DNA of 64,000 nt from Lama glama. Lineage: Eukaryota. The translations under genes were made by a program, and so were the position numbers. The notes beneath the pieces are model-generated. The model did not search any database. It worked only from the letters and a program-made list of their open reading frames with translations, and was not told the origin of the DNA. Below are positions 24,197 through 37,174 of this stretch, in pieces; positions within the stretch are counted from its first letter, which is position 1; each line of letters starts with the position of its first letter. Location of the stretch: NCBI GenBank assembly GCA_028534125.1, contig CM052817.1:103604001-103668000 (forward strand), written 5' to 3'.

Positions 24197-24598
24197 TGTT
24201 ATGGGTTGAATAGTGTCCCTGCTGTCACCCCACCCCATGCTCTGAAATTCACGTGTTGAAGTTCCAACCTCCAGTCCCTCAGAGTGCAACCATACTTGGA
24301 GAGAAGGTCTTTAGGGAAGTGATTCAGTTAAAGTGAAGTTGTTAGAGGGCTGCCCAAATTCTATACAACTGGTGTCCTTTACAAGGAGGGGAAGAGACAT
24401 TGGGCACCAGGACACAGAGGGGCAGCCACGAAGAGACGCCGGGAACAGATGCTTCCCTCATGGTCCTCAGGAGAAGCCAACCCTGCCAACTGCTTTACAT
24501 TGGACTTCTAGCCTCCAGAACAAAGAGAAAATAAATTTCCATTGGTTAAAACCACCCAGTCTGTGATATTTTGTTATGGCAGCAAGCAAAGTAATATA
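24197..24598 (+). mobile_element. MaLR solo LTR, MLT1B-like
   Basis: tgttatgggttgaatagtgtccc start, aataaatttcc, ttgttatggcagc end; exact 5-bp TSD GATGT (24192-24196 / 24599-24603). Confidence 0.9.
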
Positions 24599-24789
24599 GA
24601 TGTCATATACTATTGGGAAAGGCCATGTAACAGTGAAAATACAGTTTTTAAATTTGGTGGCAGCTATAGTGTTAATTAAAAAAAATCTTTTTAAAATCTA
24701 CTTTCAGGAATTAAACACATTCTTTTGGGTTCTGATAGGATGGGATTAAGCATTTTAAAAACTGAATTACCAGTATATTATAAAAGAGT

Positions 24790-24915
24790 AACTCAAGAAT
24801 AGTTGTTTGGAAGAAACTCATAAGGCAAGGTATGGGGAAAGGGCACAGAGCTTCAGTGCTGTTGCTGAGCACATCACTCTCCCCAGATCTCCACATGTTC
24901 ACCAACCTGGAAACA
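24790..24915. mobile_element. MER21-like LTR fragment
   Basis: cataaggcaaggtatggggaaagggcacagagcttc...atctccacatgttcaccaacctggaa. Confidence 0.6.
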
Positions 24916-25940
24916 CCACACATACATCATTTAAAAATATCTGGGTAATGTACATCTCTGGGATAATTTCCTAAAAGTAGAAGTGCTAGGTCAAAGGGAC
25001 GGGCCTTTGTGATTTTATTAGATATTTGGTAAACTGCCTTCCACGGAGATTGTATCAGCATATAATTTCACCAGTCATGTATGAGTATTTGTTTCTCTAC
25101 ATCTTCAGTAACATGAGGTGTTAAGGAGTCCACATCTATGTAATATGACTTCTTTCCTAAGATGATCATACTCACAAAAGTTGAACGAATTATGAGGAAT
25201 GTACAAAGAATAGCATTTTCTTTTTAGAATGCATTTGTGTTTTATTTCTTTAAGAAATTATGAACCCAGTGTGGTAAAATGTTAACATTTGATAATTTGT
25301 AGGCATTTATTACATTTTTTTCTCCATACTTTCCAGGGTATTTGAAATGTAATTTAAAATTTCAACATACATAATAGAGAATATAGAAATAAAATAGAGA
25401 ATAAAGAAAATAAAATCATTCACACATAACCACTTCAAATAATTTGGTGTACAGCAGGAATTTATATATATATATAATTTATATGTATATTCATGTCTTA
25501 AAAAAAATGGGGTCACTTATCCATATTGTTTTCAAGCTAGAGAATAGCATTTTCGTAATCGGCTTCCTAAGAAGGTGAAAGGACAAAGATGGCATGACAT
25601 ATCAGATTGAAAAAAAAAAAAAACTTGAGGCAGATGATAATTAAATGAAAAATTAATAGGTGAGAAATTATTGGAAAAAAATTTACATAGACCTCATGCA
25701 AAAAAGAGCAGAACGAATGGGCAAAGATTTAAAACATTTTTGCTTAGTGCCCTCACCTCATTCAGAGTGATAAAAGTTTTTTTTCAGGTCTAGATATTCC
25801 ATCATCCCTTAACCCGCTGTAAATCTGAGGCAGACTTTGAGAGAATGACAACTTCTTTCTTGGATGTTTTTTGCCTCAGTCATATGCCAGCTTTTCTCAA
25901 CTGGCACTCTGTGAGAGAATTAAGCTCTAATTACCTAAGG

Positions 25941-26122
25941 CAGAGGTCAACAAACTTTGAAGAGGATGTGGTTTCTGGTGTCACTATTCAACTCTGCCAT
26001 GGGAGCTCAAAAGCAGCCGTAGACCAATGAATGAGTGTGACTGGGTTACAGTAAAGCTTTATTAACAAAAACAAGTCGGGCAGCTGGACTTTGCCTATGT
26101 GGCAGTAGTATGTCACCACCTC
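25941..26122. mobile_element. MER58A-like MITE
   Basis: cagaggtcaacaaactt...actattcaactctgcc...aaagcagccgtagac...agtaaagctttattaacaaaaacaag. Confidence 0.7.
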
Positions 26123-26511
26123 CACTAAGGCATCGATTAACACAATGAATCAACATGACTGTCCCATGCAATCAGATGAATTGAGAAAATAGTCACTCAA
26201 ATCATGTTCTCTACGGCTAATTTTTTTGCAAATCACAGGTGAGAAGAGCTATGGGATCTAGAAAACTGTCTTGTAATTGAAGTCTACTGGTCACCGTGAA
26301 ACCTGAAGGCTGTGGCTCTGGCAATGGTGAGCAGAGGTCCTCTTCATCACTACTTCGCCTCTTTGATCTGTGGCTCCTGTAACTTCTTGCCCAGCCCTGA
26401 AGTCTGGCTGGAAACACACACTGCTGTATCCATGTTCTCTTTCTAAGTCCCTAGCACACACATGGCTTGATGGTCTCATCACTCAGTTGATGTCTACAGT
26501 TTTTTTTTTTT

Positions 26512-27122
26512 GAACAGCAACATTATTTATAATTGCCAAGATCTGGAAGCATCCTAAGTGCACATCAATAGATGAATGGATAAAGATGATGTAGCATATA
26601 TACGTAATGGAATATAACTCACCCATAAAAAAGGATTATTTTGCCATTTGCAGCCCTTCATTCACTTTTTTTTTTCCACTTCAAAACCCAGAATTTTATA
26701 ACTAGTATAAACATTTCCACTGCATCAAAAACAACTAAGTACCTAGACATAAACTTAACTGAGGAGGTTATCTGTACTCTGAAATCTGTAAAACATTGAT
26801 GAAGGAAATTGAAGGTGATACAAAGAAATGGAAAGATAGCTTGTGCTCTTGGATTGGAAGAATCAACACTATCAAAATGGCTGTACTGCCCAAAGCAATC
26901 TACAGATCCAACCCAGCCCCTGTTAAAACACTCATGACATTCTTCACAGACCTAGAATAAACAATTTCAAATTTATATGGAACCATAAAAGACCCTGAAT
27001 TGCCATGGCCATCTTTGGTAGGTTTTGTTTTGTTTTTTCTCTTTCTTCTTTTTGTTCTCTTTTCTTATGGTTTGATGACTAGAGGAGGTCCTTTAACATT
27101 TGTTGTAAAGCTGGTTTGATGA
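26512..27122. mobile_element. Rearranged L1 fragments
   Basis: ORF2-end piece (26512-26655, +), more upstream ORF2 piece (26720-27015, +), then a minus-strand L1-like piece (~27050-27122). Confidence 0.75.
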
Positions 27123-29269
27123 CAATAGTATTTTGAAATGAACCCCTAGCCCTTCTAGCAGTTTGTGTTAGTTTTATGCAGTGAGTGGAAAACTAATGAA
27201 TGGAGCACGGAAGATAATTCTCACTTTGGGGGAAGCGGGGGCCACAAGTAATTTCTAGGAGAAAATCAGTGACCAGAAGCCTAATGACCCAAGCACAGCA
27301 GCAAGGCATGTGGGGTCCAGGTGGGCACGGAGGCTGGGCAGGGAAGAGTTACTTCTGGATTACACGGGCTGAGTCCAGTCTGAGACTGGGAAAAAACACA
27401 GCTCACTTGTCTTTTCACATTTTCCTTTCCAGTTTAATTTTCTGCAAGCCTTCTAGTCTTTTCTTTGTAGTTTTATATCTTTTCCAGAAGGGCTTAGGGT
27501 TGAAAGAGGGAAAAGTTAAAACTTAAGCTAGTTGGTCTAGTTTCTGGTTAGCTCTTCAAATAATAGATTTAAGTTTGAGAGATGCTCAAAACCATTGAAT
27601 AAAGTTGACTTTTGCATGATTTGTAAACTTTGGTTATTCTTTGTTTCCAGGTGGCACAAATAACACATTGTTGGTTTTATTCTTAGGAAAAGCTACTTCA
27701 GTTTTCAGGTCATTAGATAATCAGTATTTTATTTGGGTGGATAAATGCAGAAGTGGCATTTTGAACCCATCTGTATAATGTGGTCTTGTCCTGAGTGTCT
27801 GAAATACAAAGATTTTCTTAGGAATAGAGTGACCCAGAATTCCTGTCCTTGGTCTTTCTTCCCAGGTCAAACCAAACAAAATTAAATACTCTGGTCTTTG
27901 ATCAGTTAAAAAACTGATAGTTGGGAAAATGACAAACAATAGGTTGTTTTCCTGCCCATTGTAAAACAAAATAAAATGTTTACCCATAGGGAACACTGTA
28001 TCTTCCTTAAGTCTCTTTCTCTCCTATCTTTTCTTCTTATTTTCTTGATGGACTCAGTCTCTTACCTGAGCAAACATCTTTCTCTGTTTGGCTTCTGTTC
28101 TCTGAGTGGACAGGAGAGTGAGCCATTAACTGCAGTGTGGGCTCTGACTGTTTCAGGACTGGGAGTTTAAACACAACTCTTATCCAATATACTTCTCCAA
28201 TGATTAGCTCTCCTCTACTGCCTTTTAATCACTTCACAAAATGGAAAATCTATTTGAATAAAAGCAGCTGATCTGGGGGGAAATGCACAAGGAAAAGCTC
28301 CGAGGGGAGGTGGAGTTTTTTCCTTCAGGCTGTGGCGACTTGGAAGTTGCTGTTACATTGAGACAACTTTCTTGTTAAGGGTGATTAGAGTTTGAACAAA
28401 GTCCGTTTCTAATATCCTTATTAGGGAGAAAATATAAGGTGTCTGTATCTCTGTATTTCTAGTAACTCAGAGGACAATGTACATTTAAACCTGTATTAAT
28501 TGCACTTCACAACAGGAGGCATATGTGATGGGTACATTTCAAAAGGTCTTAGGGTTACAATAAACATTCTAAATTTGATATACTTATCCAAACTCTCTCA
28601 TCAAGAATCCAGGATAAGAAACTATGAGAACAGGATTTCTTGAGAGAATACCAAAAACTTCCAGTCTCTGGGAGACTCAGAAGTCTCTCGGATACTCAGA
28701 AGTCTCTCATTCAATTTACTATGACTCTGGCTGTAAATCAGAAAGAAAACGATAGAACACTAAAAAAAGAGTAAAAGGTGGAAAATTCGTTAAAATTTTT
28801 GAAAAACAAATTGTGCTGGATAGGGGGATAAAGTTTAAGAATACGCTATTTCTCTGAGACTGTTTGCAGCCTCACGCAGACATGAAATGGCATGCTTCCC
28901 ACTGTAGTGCTATGTGTCTGTCATACGATGAAGGCAATGAGAGGTACTGTTGCTTCTGAAGAAACGTGAATTGATTTGGTGGATTGGCTACACTCCAGGT
29001 AACAAAATGATAGGCTGAGGTGTGTGGTGATTACTCTATAAATATGTTGGGAGATTTTATTTCATGTCTTTGCTTTGTCATCTGAGCTGAAATATTATTA
29101 ATTGGTTGTCAAATGCTTCCCACTTCCAGCCAATGCAATACTGTATGAGATGCATAAGGGACTGAACTGGGCAACCTCCAAGTATTTTGAACCATGTTGC
29201 ATATTTTTTCTGCTTTTCTGAAAAACCATATTAAGGAAATTTAAAGATCTCAGGGAATACCAATGCTTT

Positions 29270-29480
29270 CTAATAATAACAGCTAGCCTCATTGAGTAAC
29301 TATCCCAGGCACCAATTACACATTTTATACACAGTGTCTCTTATCCATCCATCAATTCAACAAATAAGGTCTTTTTTTGTCTTCATTTTCCAGGGAAAGC
29401 ATCCAGGCTCAAAGAAATGAAATAATTTCCCAAGGACATATAATAAGGAAAAGCCAGAGCAGGTTCAAGCCCACTTCAGT
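29270..29480. mobile_element. MIR SINE
   Basis: aataataacagctagcctcattgagtaactatcccaggcac...aataatttcccaaggacata...gccagagcaggttcaagccc. Confidence 0.7.
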
Positions 29481-30131
29481 TTTGATTGTTTGTTTTGGGG
29501 GCTCTGTTTGCTTTTAAAGCACACACTCTATCCTTCTCTAACTTAATGTGCCCTTTAGCATTTTTAGTATTCTGACTTACGTCCTGGGTGTCTGCTTGGC
29601 GAACTTTGCTGAACAGTACTGACAGTAATATGCATTTGTACCTATGGCAGGGAACCACTGTATTAGCTCTTGCTTGAGAGCGAAATGCACAGGGCAGGAA
29701 CACGTATGAATGAATTGGGTCTTCTTTGCAATCAGAACTCAGTAGCCAGAAGCAATACAGACCTAAGCCAGGATTCTTACCAGATACAGGTTAGGTGTCT
29801 GGCAGAATTGTGTTCCTTCCTGTTACTGCAACACTGTCAGCGCTGATTGCGATAACTTAGTATCTATCCATATGACAATTTAACTCTAGGGGAAAAAAAA
29901 GACACAGAACGACACTTTTTCCTGGGTGCTTACACATTACAAACTTGGATGGTATTAGGATCAGAGGTTTACAAAGACTCATGTCATTTAAACAGTATTG
30001 CTTTGGAGAACTTAGACATTGGCATTTTAAAACTCACTAAAGCAATGGTAGTATTTCCATTTAGTGTAAGCACTTCAGATTTTTTGCCTTAAGTCTGTAA
30101 AAGTATATAGTGTTCCTTCTCGTTCATGTTT

Positions 30132-30273
30132 TTTTTTTCTAAGTTTTTTTAAACTTTCTTTTGGGAGGGGAGGTTCATTTGTTTATTTCTATTTGGAAGA
30201 GGTACTGGGAATTAAACCCAGGACCTCATATATGTTAAGCAGGCGCTCTACCACTTGAGCTATACCCTCCCCC
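30132..30273 (-). mobile_element. tRNA-Ala-derived SINE
   Basis: Typical head; TSD ttctcgttcatgttt / ttctctttcatgttt. Confidence 0.92.
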
Positions 30274-31061
30274 TCTTCTCTTTCATGTTTATTTCAGATA
30301 CAGAAGCAGTAATAAAGGTAATTGTAGTTTTCCACTATAATGTGTTAGAAAAAATTAAGACTTATACATTACTGTATGATCTCAAGGTTTTTTTTTTTTT
30401 TTTTCCAATGTGATGAAAAAAATGTTTTTCCTCTCAGTAAATTTTAACACATATTGTTTGGGCTCTCCTGGCCCTTTGTGCTATCATATTATTGTTATCA
30501 CTTTGGACATATTCCTTTGTGTAATTCATTACACCTAGCATGATGTACTTATTGCTCTTAATAAGGATAAGAAATATTTTTTAACAAAGTTGAGTCACAA
30601 AAATGTTACAAAAGTCTTACCCCAGTATTCAGTTCATTAACGGTTACAGCCATCAGTCTGACAGTAAGTGCATCTTTTAATTCCCTTGAGCATCCCTTCT
30701 TATTTCCTGTGGGTAAGTAGCTCTCCGTGGACCACTTCCTCCACATCCTCAGTGGGAAGCATCTGTGGCTGTGGCATCATAGGTGGCATCTCAGTACCTA
30801 AATGGCTTCAATCTTACGCTCTTCCTCTGAGCAATTTTTCTTCCTTCCAGACTTTTTTCTTTTCTTTTTCTTTTCCTTTATTTGGTGTTCCTCCTCTACA
30901 ATAAAAAGAATTTAGAAAAAAGGGTTGGGAATGAACAATTTGGAAGGGTAGAAATGAACTTTGGTTATTAAAGGACGTGGGTCCTCACTGGCATCATTTT
31001 CCTGTGGGTTCAGGAGAAGAACTGCACCTAAGGGAAGAGGACAAGGCAAAGAGAAAGCAGA

Positions 31062-31561
31062 NNNNNNNNNNNNNNNNNNNNNNNNNNNNNNNNNNNNNNN
31101 NNNNNNNNNNNNNNNNNNNNNNNNNNNNNNNNNNNNNNNNNNNNNNNNNNNNNNNNNNNNNNNNNNNNNNNNNNNNNNNNNNNNNNNNNNNNNNNNNNNN
31201 NNNNNNNNNNNNNNNNNNNNNNNNNNNNNNNNNNNNNNNNNNNNNNNNNNNNNNNNNNNNNNNNNNNNNNNNNNNNNNNNNNNNNNNNNNNNNNNNNNNN
31301 NNNNNNNNNNNNNNNNNNNNNNNNNNNNNNNNNNNNNNNNNNNNNNNNNNNNNNNNNNNNNNNNNNNNNNNNNNNNNNNNNNNNNNNNNNNNNNNNNNNN
31401 NNNNNNNNNNNNNNNNNNNNNNNNNNNNNNNNNNNNNNNNNNNNNNNNNNNNNNNNNNNNNNNNNNNNNNNNNNNNNNNNNNNNNNNNNNNNNNNNNNNN
31501 NNNNNNNNNNNNNNNNNNNNNNNNNNNNNNNNNNNNNNNNNNNNNNNNNNNNNNNNNNNNN
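31062..31561. other. Assembly gap (500 N)
   Basis: Run of N; fixed size suggests a scaffolding placeholder of unknown true length. Confidence 1.
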
Positions 31562-32043
31562 AAAGCCACCTCATCAGAAAGCTATGCTGAAAATAATTCT
31601 ATGAGACACTGCAGTTCCTCCTGTTGTTCTCAGGGGCTTGGAGAAAAGTCTAAAAGCTGCATTATGTATAGATATTCCCACGATCTCATGTTAAAGTACA
31701 GACTCTGGCCTAACCCTACGTACCTGGCGTTTCTCTCACCTGCTGGGTTTGTCTGCCCCCCTTTTATCCAAGACAAAGTATCTCTGACTTCTTTAAAATT
31801 TCTGAACAAGACTCACCTGCTGCGTGGAATGACTACCTCACTGAAATGGTCTGAAACCAGTAGCCCTGGTTTCTCTTGTGTTTGTGGGCAGGTAGATGGT
31901 TACACATATGCTTCTGTCATGTTGTAAATGTCATCTACAAAACAAGGCCTTGAACTGTAATCCCTTCCATCTCTGAGACAACGGCCCCTCCACTTTAGGC
32001 TCATATATATGTTCTGAATTCTCTATTCACCCTGTAGGCTCAT

Positions 32044-32395
32044 TGTCAAGGGCCAGATGTCCGTGTCCCTCCAGAATTCACCTGCAGAAACCCTCATGTG
32101 ATGGTGTTGGGAGGTGGGCCCTTTGGGAGGTGGTTAGGTCATGAGGGTGGAGCCCTCAGGAGTAAGATTAGTGTCCTTCTAGACACTCAGAGAGCACCCT
32201 CACCCCTCCCACCATGTGAGTACAGGATGAGGAGACCAACATCTAAGAACCAGGAAGCAGGCCCTCACTGGACACCGAACCTGCCAGTGTCTTCATCTTG
32301 GACTCTTCAGCTGTTAGACCTGTGAGCCATAAATGTCATTTAAGCCCCCAAGTCTGTGGTATTATTTGTTGTAACAGCCCAGACAGACTGAGATG
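32044..32395 (+). mobile_element. MaLR solo LTR, MLT1A-like
   Basis: gggccctttgggaggtggttaggtcatgagggtggagccctc; near-exact TSD ctcat / ctcac. Confidence 0.88.
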
Positions 32396-32649
32396 CTCAC
32401 ATAGGTGGTAAGTCATTTTCTTGGTTACACTTTGTTATACTTGCTGAATGACAGGTGACATGTCCCCATTGCCTACTCAATATTTTCACCTGCCAAATGC
32501 CTCTTTGATTGATTTTCTCAATCTATATTTTGTATTGTCTGTGATATTGGTTCTTCTGCTTCTTGGACAACTCTATATTTCAAGGCATCTTCTTTTTTAA
32601 GTTTGACTAAAAAGCCATCTTCTCCCTGAGAACTTTCCCCTAAATAAAA

Positions 32650-33330
32650 TTTCAGGTTTGGAAAGAAACTAAAGATCACTGCATCTATACATTCTGCAGT
32701 GACTGATTCCCCCTAAACTGTTTTGGTGGAATAGAGGCCTAGCTTAAGCTTGAATACCTCTAGTGACAGGGGACTCACTACCTTTGGAAGCAACCTATTT
32801 AATCTCTGGACAACCCTGCTCATTAGAAAACTCTTTCTTCAGATAAAGTGAATACCTGCCTCCCATGGCCATTACCACTCAGTTCCTGAAAGCAAAACTG
32901 GCAAGTTCCTCTCTCATGGGAGGGCTTTTCAAATATTTGAAGACAATGAATGCACACCATGTCACACCCACGCCCCTTCTGTCTAAACAAACACTCCTTC
33001 TTGACGTAATGCTGGTAATCCTTTTCCTGAGGTTTCTCTCCTTAGCTTCCAAGTCCTCCGGAAGTAGAGTGGGGTGCTGAGGGAAGGCAGTGATCTGGGT
33101 GAGGTGGCCTAGGGTCCCCAGGGCGGTGGCAGCACCAACTGCACCCTAGCTCCTCTCACTGGCCAATGACCTGGTTCAGACCCTTCTCTTACCATCACAC
33201 AGAGATGTGAATTCTTTCAGCTTTATGTCACCCATAAGTTCAACGAGGGGGTCTTCTATGGTTGCATTTAAATCTTTGGTGAAAACACTGCTTGGAACAA
33301 AGTTTTCTATTCCATGAGAACAAGCCAAAT
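32650..33330 (-). mobile_element. L3/CR1 LINE remnant
   Basis: Reverse complement of the L3 3' region (cttgaatacctctagtgacaggggactcactacc...ctgcctccc); ORF 33176-33403 resembles the CR1 RT FADDTKL region. Confidence 0.75.
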
Positions 33331-33577
33331 ATACTGTGATTATTTGGATTCGTTTAATCTGCAAGTTTAGGAGTCCATTTTTTGGAGTTTTATGGAGGAT
33401 CATATGAGATGAAATACTTTGAATAGTTCCTTACATTTGATCATTGAGATTTATCACCCTTCCTGAAATTCTGAAGTCTAATTTGCCTTTGCAAATCTGT
33501 TATTTATTAAAAAAATAATTTCTTTAATTTTAATCTGTGTCTGTGTTTGATCCATCATTAAAAATTCTCAAGTTTCA

Positions 33578-34785
33578 CCTCTTAGAAGACAACATAGGCA
33601 AAACATTATCTGACATAAATCTTAGCAATGGTCCCCTAGGGCAGTCTATCCAGGCAACAGAAATAAGAGCAAAAATAAACAAATGGGACCTAATTAAATT
33701 TATAAGCTTTTGCACAGCAAAGGAAACCAAAACACAACCTATGGAATGGGAGAATATATTTGCAAAAGATGAGACTGATAAAGGCTTAATTTCCAGAATA
33801 TATGAACAGCTCATACAACTTAATAATAAAAAAACAAACAACCCAATCCAAAAATGGGCAGAAGACCTAAACAAGCAATTCTCTAATGAAGACATACAAA
33901 TGGCATGTGAAAAAATGCTCAATATCAATATCACTAACTATCAGAGAAATGCAGATTGAAACTACTATGAGATATCACCTCACACCAGTCAGAATGGCCA
34001 TCATTCAAAAGTCCATGACTGATAAACCCTGGAGAGGATGTGGAGGAAAGGGAACCTTCCTACACTGCTGGTAGGAATATAGTTTGGTACGGCCATTATG
34101 GAAAACAGTATGGAGAGTCCCCAAAACACTAAAAATAGACTTACCATATGATCCAGCAAACCCACTCCTGGACATATATCTGGAAGGAACCTTAATTCAA
34201 AAAGATACATGCACCCCAATGTTCACAGCAGCACTATTTACAATAGCGAAGACATGGAAACAATCTAAATGTCCATTGACAGATGACTGGATAAAGAAGA
34301 TGTGGCATATTTATACAATGGAATACTACCAAGCCATAAAAAAGAATACAATAATGCCATTTGCAGCAACATAGATGGACTGGAGAATGTCATTCTAAGT
34401 GAAGTAAGCCAGAAAGAGAAAGAAAAATATCATATGATATCACTTATATGTGGAATTAAAAAAAAAGACAAATGAATTTATTTACAAAACAGAAACAGAC
34501 TCACAGACATAGAAAATAAACTTATGATTACTAGAGGGGAAATGGGGTGGAAAGGAATAAATTGGGAGTTCAAGATTTGCAGATACTAGCTAATATATAT
34601 AAAACAGATAAACAACAAATTCATGCTATGTAGCATAGGGACTATATTCAATACCTTGTAGTAGCTTACAGTGAAAAATAATATGAAAACAAATGAATGT
34701 ATATTCATTTATGACTGAAGCAATGTGCTATACACTAGAAATTGACACAATATTGTAAAGTGGCTATACTTCAATAAAAAAATAT
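33578..34785 (+). mobile_element. 5'-truncated young L1
   Basis: ORFs 33537, 33886 and 34084 are frameshifted ORF2 pieces; full 3' UTR; 16-bp TSD aaattctca(a/g)gtttca (33562-33577 / 34786-34801). Confidence 0.97.
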
Positions 34786-36639
34786 AAATTCTCAGGTTTC
34801 AGGTATATACATATTTTAAAAGAGATTATTCTCACCCTATCCTGTTGTATTTATTGGTTTTAAATTTATTTAATATCACTTTCTGGGTTTCTAAAGGATG
34901 GTTTAAAAAATAACTTTTTTTTTGTGGTTGTAAAATTTACACTTGTTGGAGAATTTTGGAAAATAAAGAAAAATAAGAAAAAGAAAAATCCTGGAAGGGT
35001 TAGCATTTTTATTTTAATACTCTCAGTGAATTGTATAGGCAGTAAGCAACATTGCCAAATTTGCGTTTCTCTGAGGCACATATTTTATAAGGTTTTTTTT
35101 TCTCCTTTAAGGGTATATATACTGTATTTAACTTCTGCTTATGCTAATAACATTAACTTTCATTTTTTTCTTTAGTCTTTTTGTGTCTAGCTAGATATTC
35201 ATCCTGTAAGCCAAAACAATCAGAATCCCTTTGGGACTGAAAAATAATAGATCTCCAAGTCTTTTCAACTCAGGGCCATTTGAGCTTTATTTTTGCTTAA
35301 GGAGAGAATGAATGCAGGTTTCCTTAGATGTTCCTCTTTGCTTATTCTTCAAAGCATTTCATTCTTCTAGATGGTGTGGAATCACATCAATTTACCCACA
35401 ATGAAGTGGCTCCAGGGCTCTTCAACCTGATAGGGTTTAGATGAATCATGCACTGCATATAAATAAGTGTTTATATCTTGTTTTATGGCAGTATTGTGGG
35501 CTCTGATTAGGTGCTGTTGAATATTTCCAATCATTTTGGTTGAATCAGACATTTATTCAATCATTTTGGTAAAACAGAAGAAGGTTTTATTTAGAACATC
35601 ACACTTATTCTTCCCAGGTGGATGTGTGGTGTATCTCGTCTTTGGGCCCCCTAGAACTTCACAGAGGCTGTCCTGTTTGGCCATGCCTCTTGCCATTTTA
35701 AGACGGACATACTTATAGTCACCTCCCAAGCATAAGCTTCACATTGCAAAGTTTCTGTTTAAACTCAAAGATGGTTTCCCATTTCGTGAGTACCAGGCCC
35801 TACAGAGTGAGTGCTCTGTGAGAGTCGGGGATGGAGGACTCTGGATTGGGTGGGGTGGCTCTCACTCTGTTAACCCTTCCTGTATCCCTGGAAGTGAGAG
35901 CCAACACAAAGCACCAGATAACTTCATTAAATTGAGTTTGATGTCCAAGGTGGAGGTTACCTGCACATCTCAGGCATAATCGTGGTCGTGGGTCCCGGGC
36001 CACGGTAGAATCTTACTGACCTCACCGTCTGCAACCACAGACTCCATTATCCGCATGACCGTGTATTTTTAAGTTGTGTGAGTCAGTGCTGTGATTTCTA
36101 CAGTGCTAGATTCCAAAGGGCAGACATCGTGCCTAACTTTGTAATTACCTTCGTAAGGCTACAAGATAAGCCATGCAAAGGTTCAAAGTAGTTTATAAAT
36201 AATTTGCCTGTGATAATGATGATGACTCATAAAAACGATAAGATAATTATTATGTAGAGAATAGAAGTCAATTCAAGAAAACTATACAATTTGTCACAGA
36301 ACTCTTAAGATGACATTTTAAGTTTATTTTTTTGTATCAGTAATTGTCACAGGAATGTTTCTCTGATAAAGTTATACTATGACATGAAGCTCAATTACTA
36401 GTAAATCCTGGGACTTTTTTTTTTTTTTTACAAAGAGTTGGCAAGAAATACTGTAAACGAAAATATGGTAGGTCTCTAAATGGGCAAAAAATTAACCAAG
36501 GCACTTAAAACCGTTGGCTTAGGAGAGCAATAAAAATTGATCATAGCTGAGCAATTGTGTTCAGGGAAAGTGTGTAATAACAATGTTTCTAAGCTGCAAG
36601 GAACTTAAGAAATTTCATTAGACAATGATCACATGCATC

Positions 36640-37172
36640 CTTGGAATTTCATATCCCATTTCTCAATCTTAACATGTTCAGAACTGAATTCCTGATTCAT
36701 CTCACTCCCTAACTTTCCCATTCATAGTATTTCCCTTGTCATTTGACAACAACTCCATCCTTCTGGCTGCTCCAGACAAAATTCCTGATGTTATCCTTGA
36801 GTCTTCTCTTTCCTTCACTCTCCATATTCTTTTCCATAGTTCATCTTGAAGTATGTTTTGAGTCCCATCATTTCTATTGCAACCACCCTGATTTGAGGCA
36901 CTCTTAGCTCTTAGTAGGTTTAATGAAATGGGCTCCTAACTGATCTCTCACATTCTTCCCTTGCTTTTCTTAAGTCTATTCTGAAAACAAGCATTAAAAA
37001 ATTCATCATACTACACTTATCTGCTCAAAATTCTATTATAACTTCCCCTTCCACTCAGATTAAAAACTAACACCCTCATAAGGGCCTCTCTGAAGACTTT
37101 ACAAGATCTGGTTCCCTTTGTGTCTGTGACTTTCTTTCCTACTTCTCCTTCCCTCACTTACTCCATTCTAGC
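36640..37172. mobile_element. L2 LINE fragment
   Basis: cttaacatgttcagaactgaattcctgatt...aactccatccttctggctgctccagacaaaattcctgatgttatccttgagtc. Confidence 0.8.
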
Positions 37173-37174
37173 TA

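Noticed and set aside
30912..31927. Long ORFs of 191-316 aa
   Set aside because: Artefacts of translating through the 500-N gap
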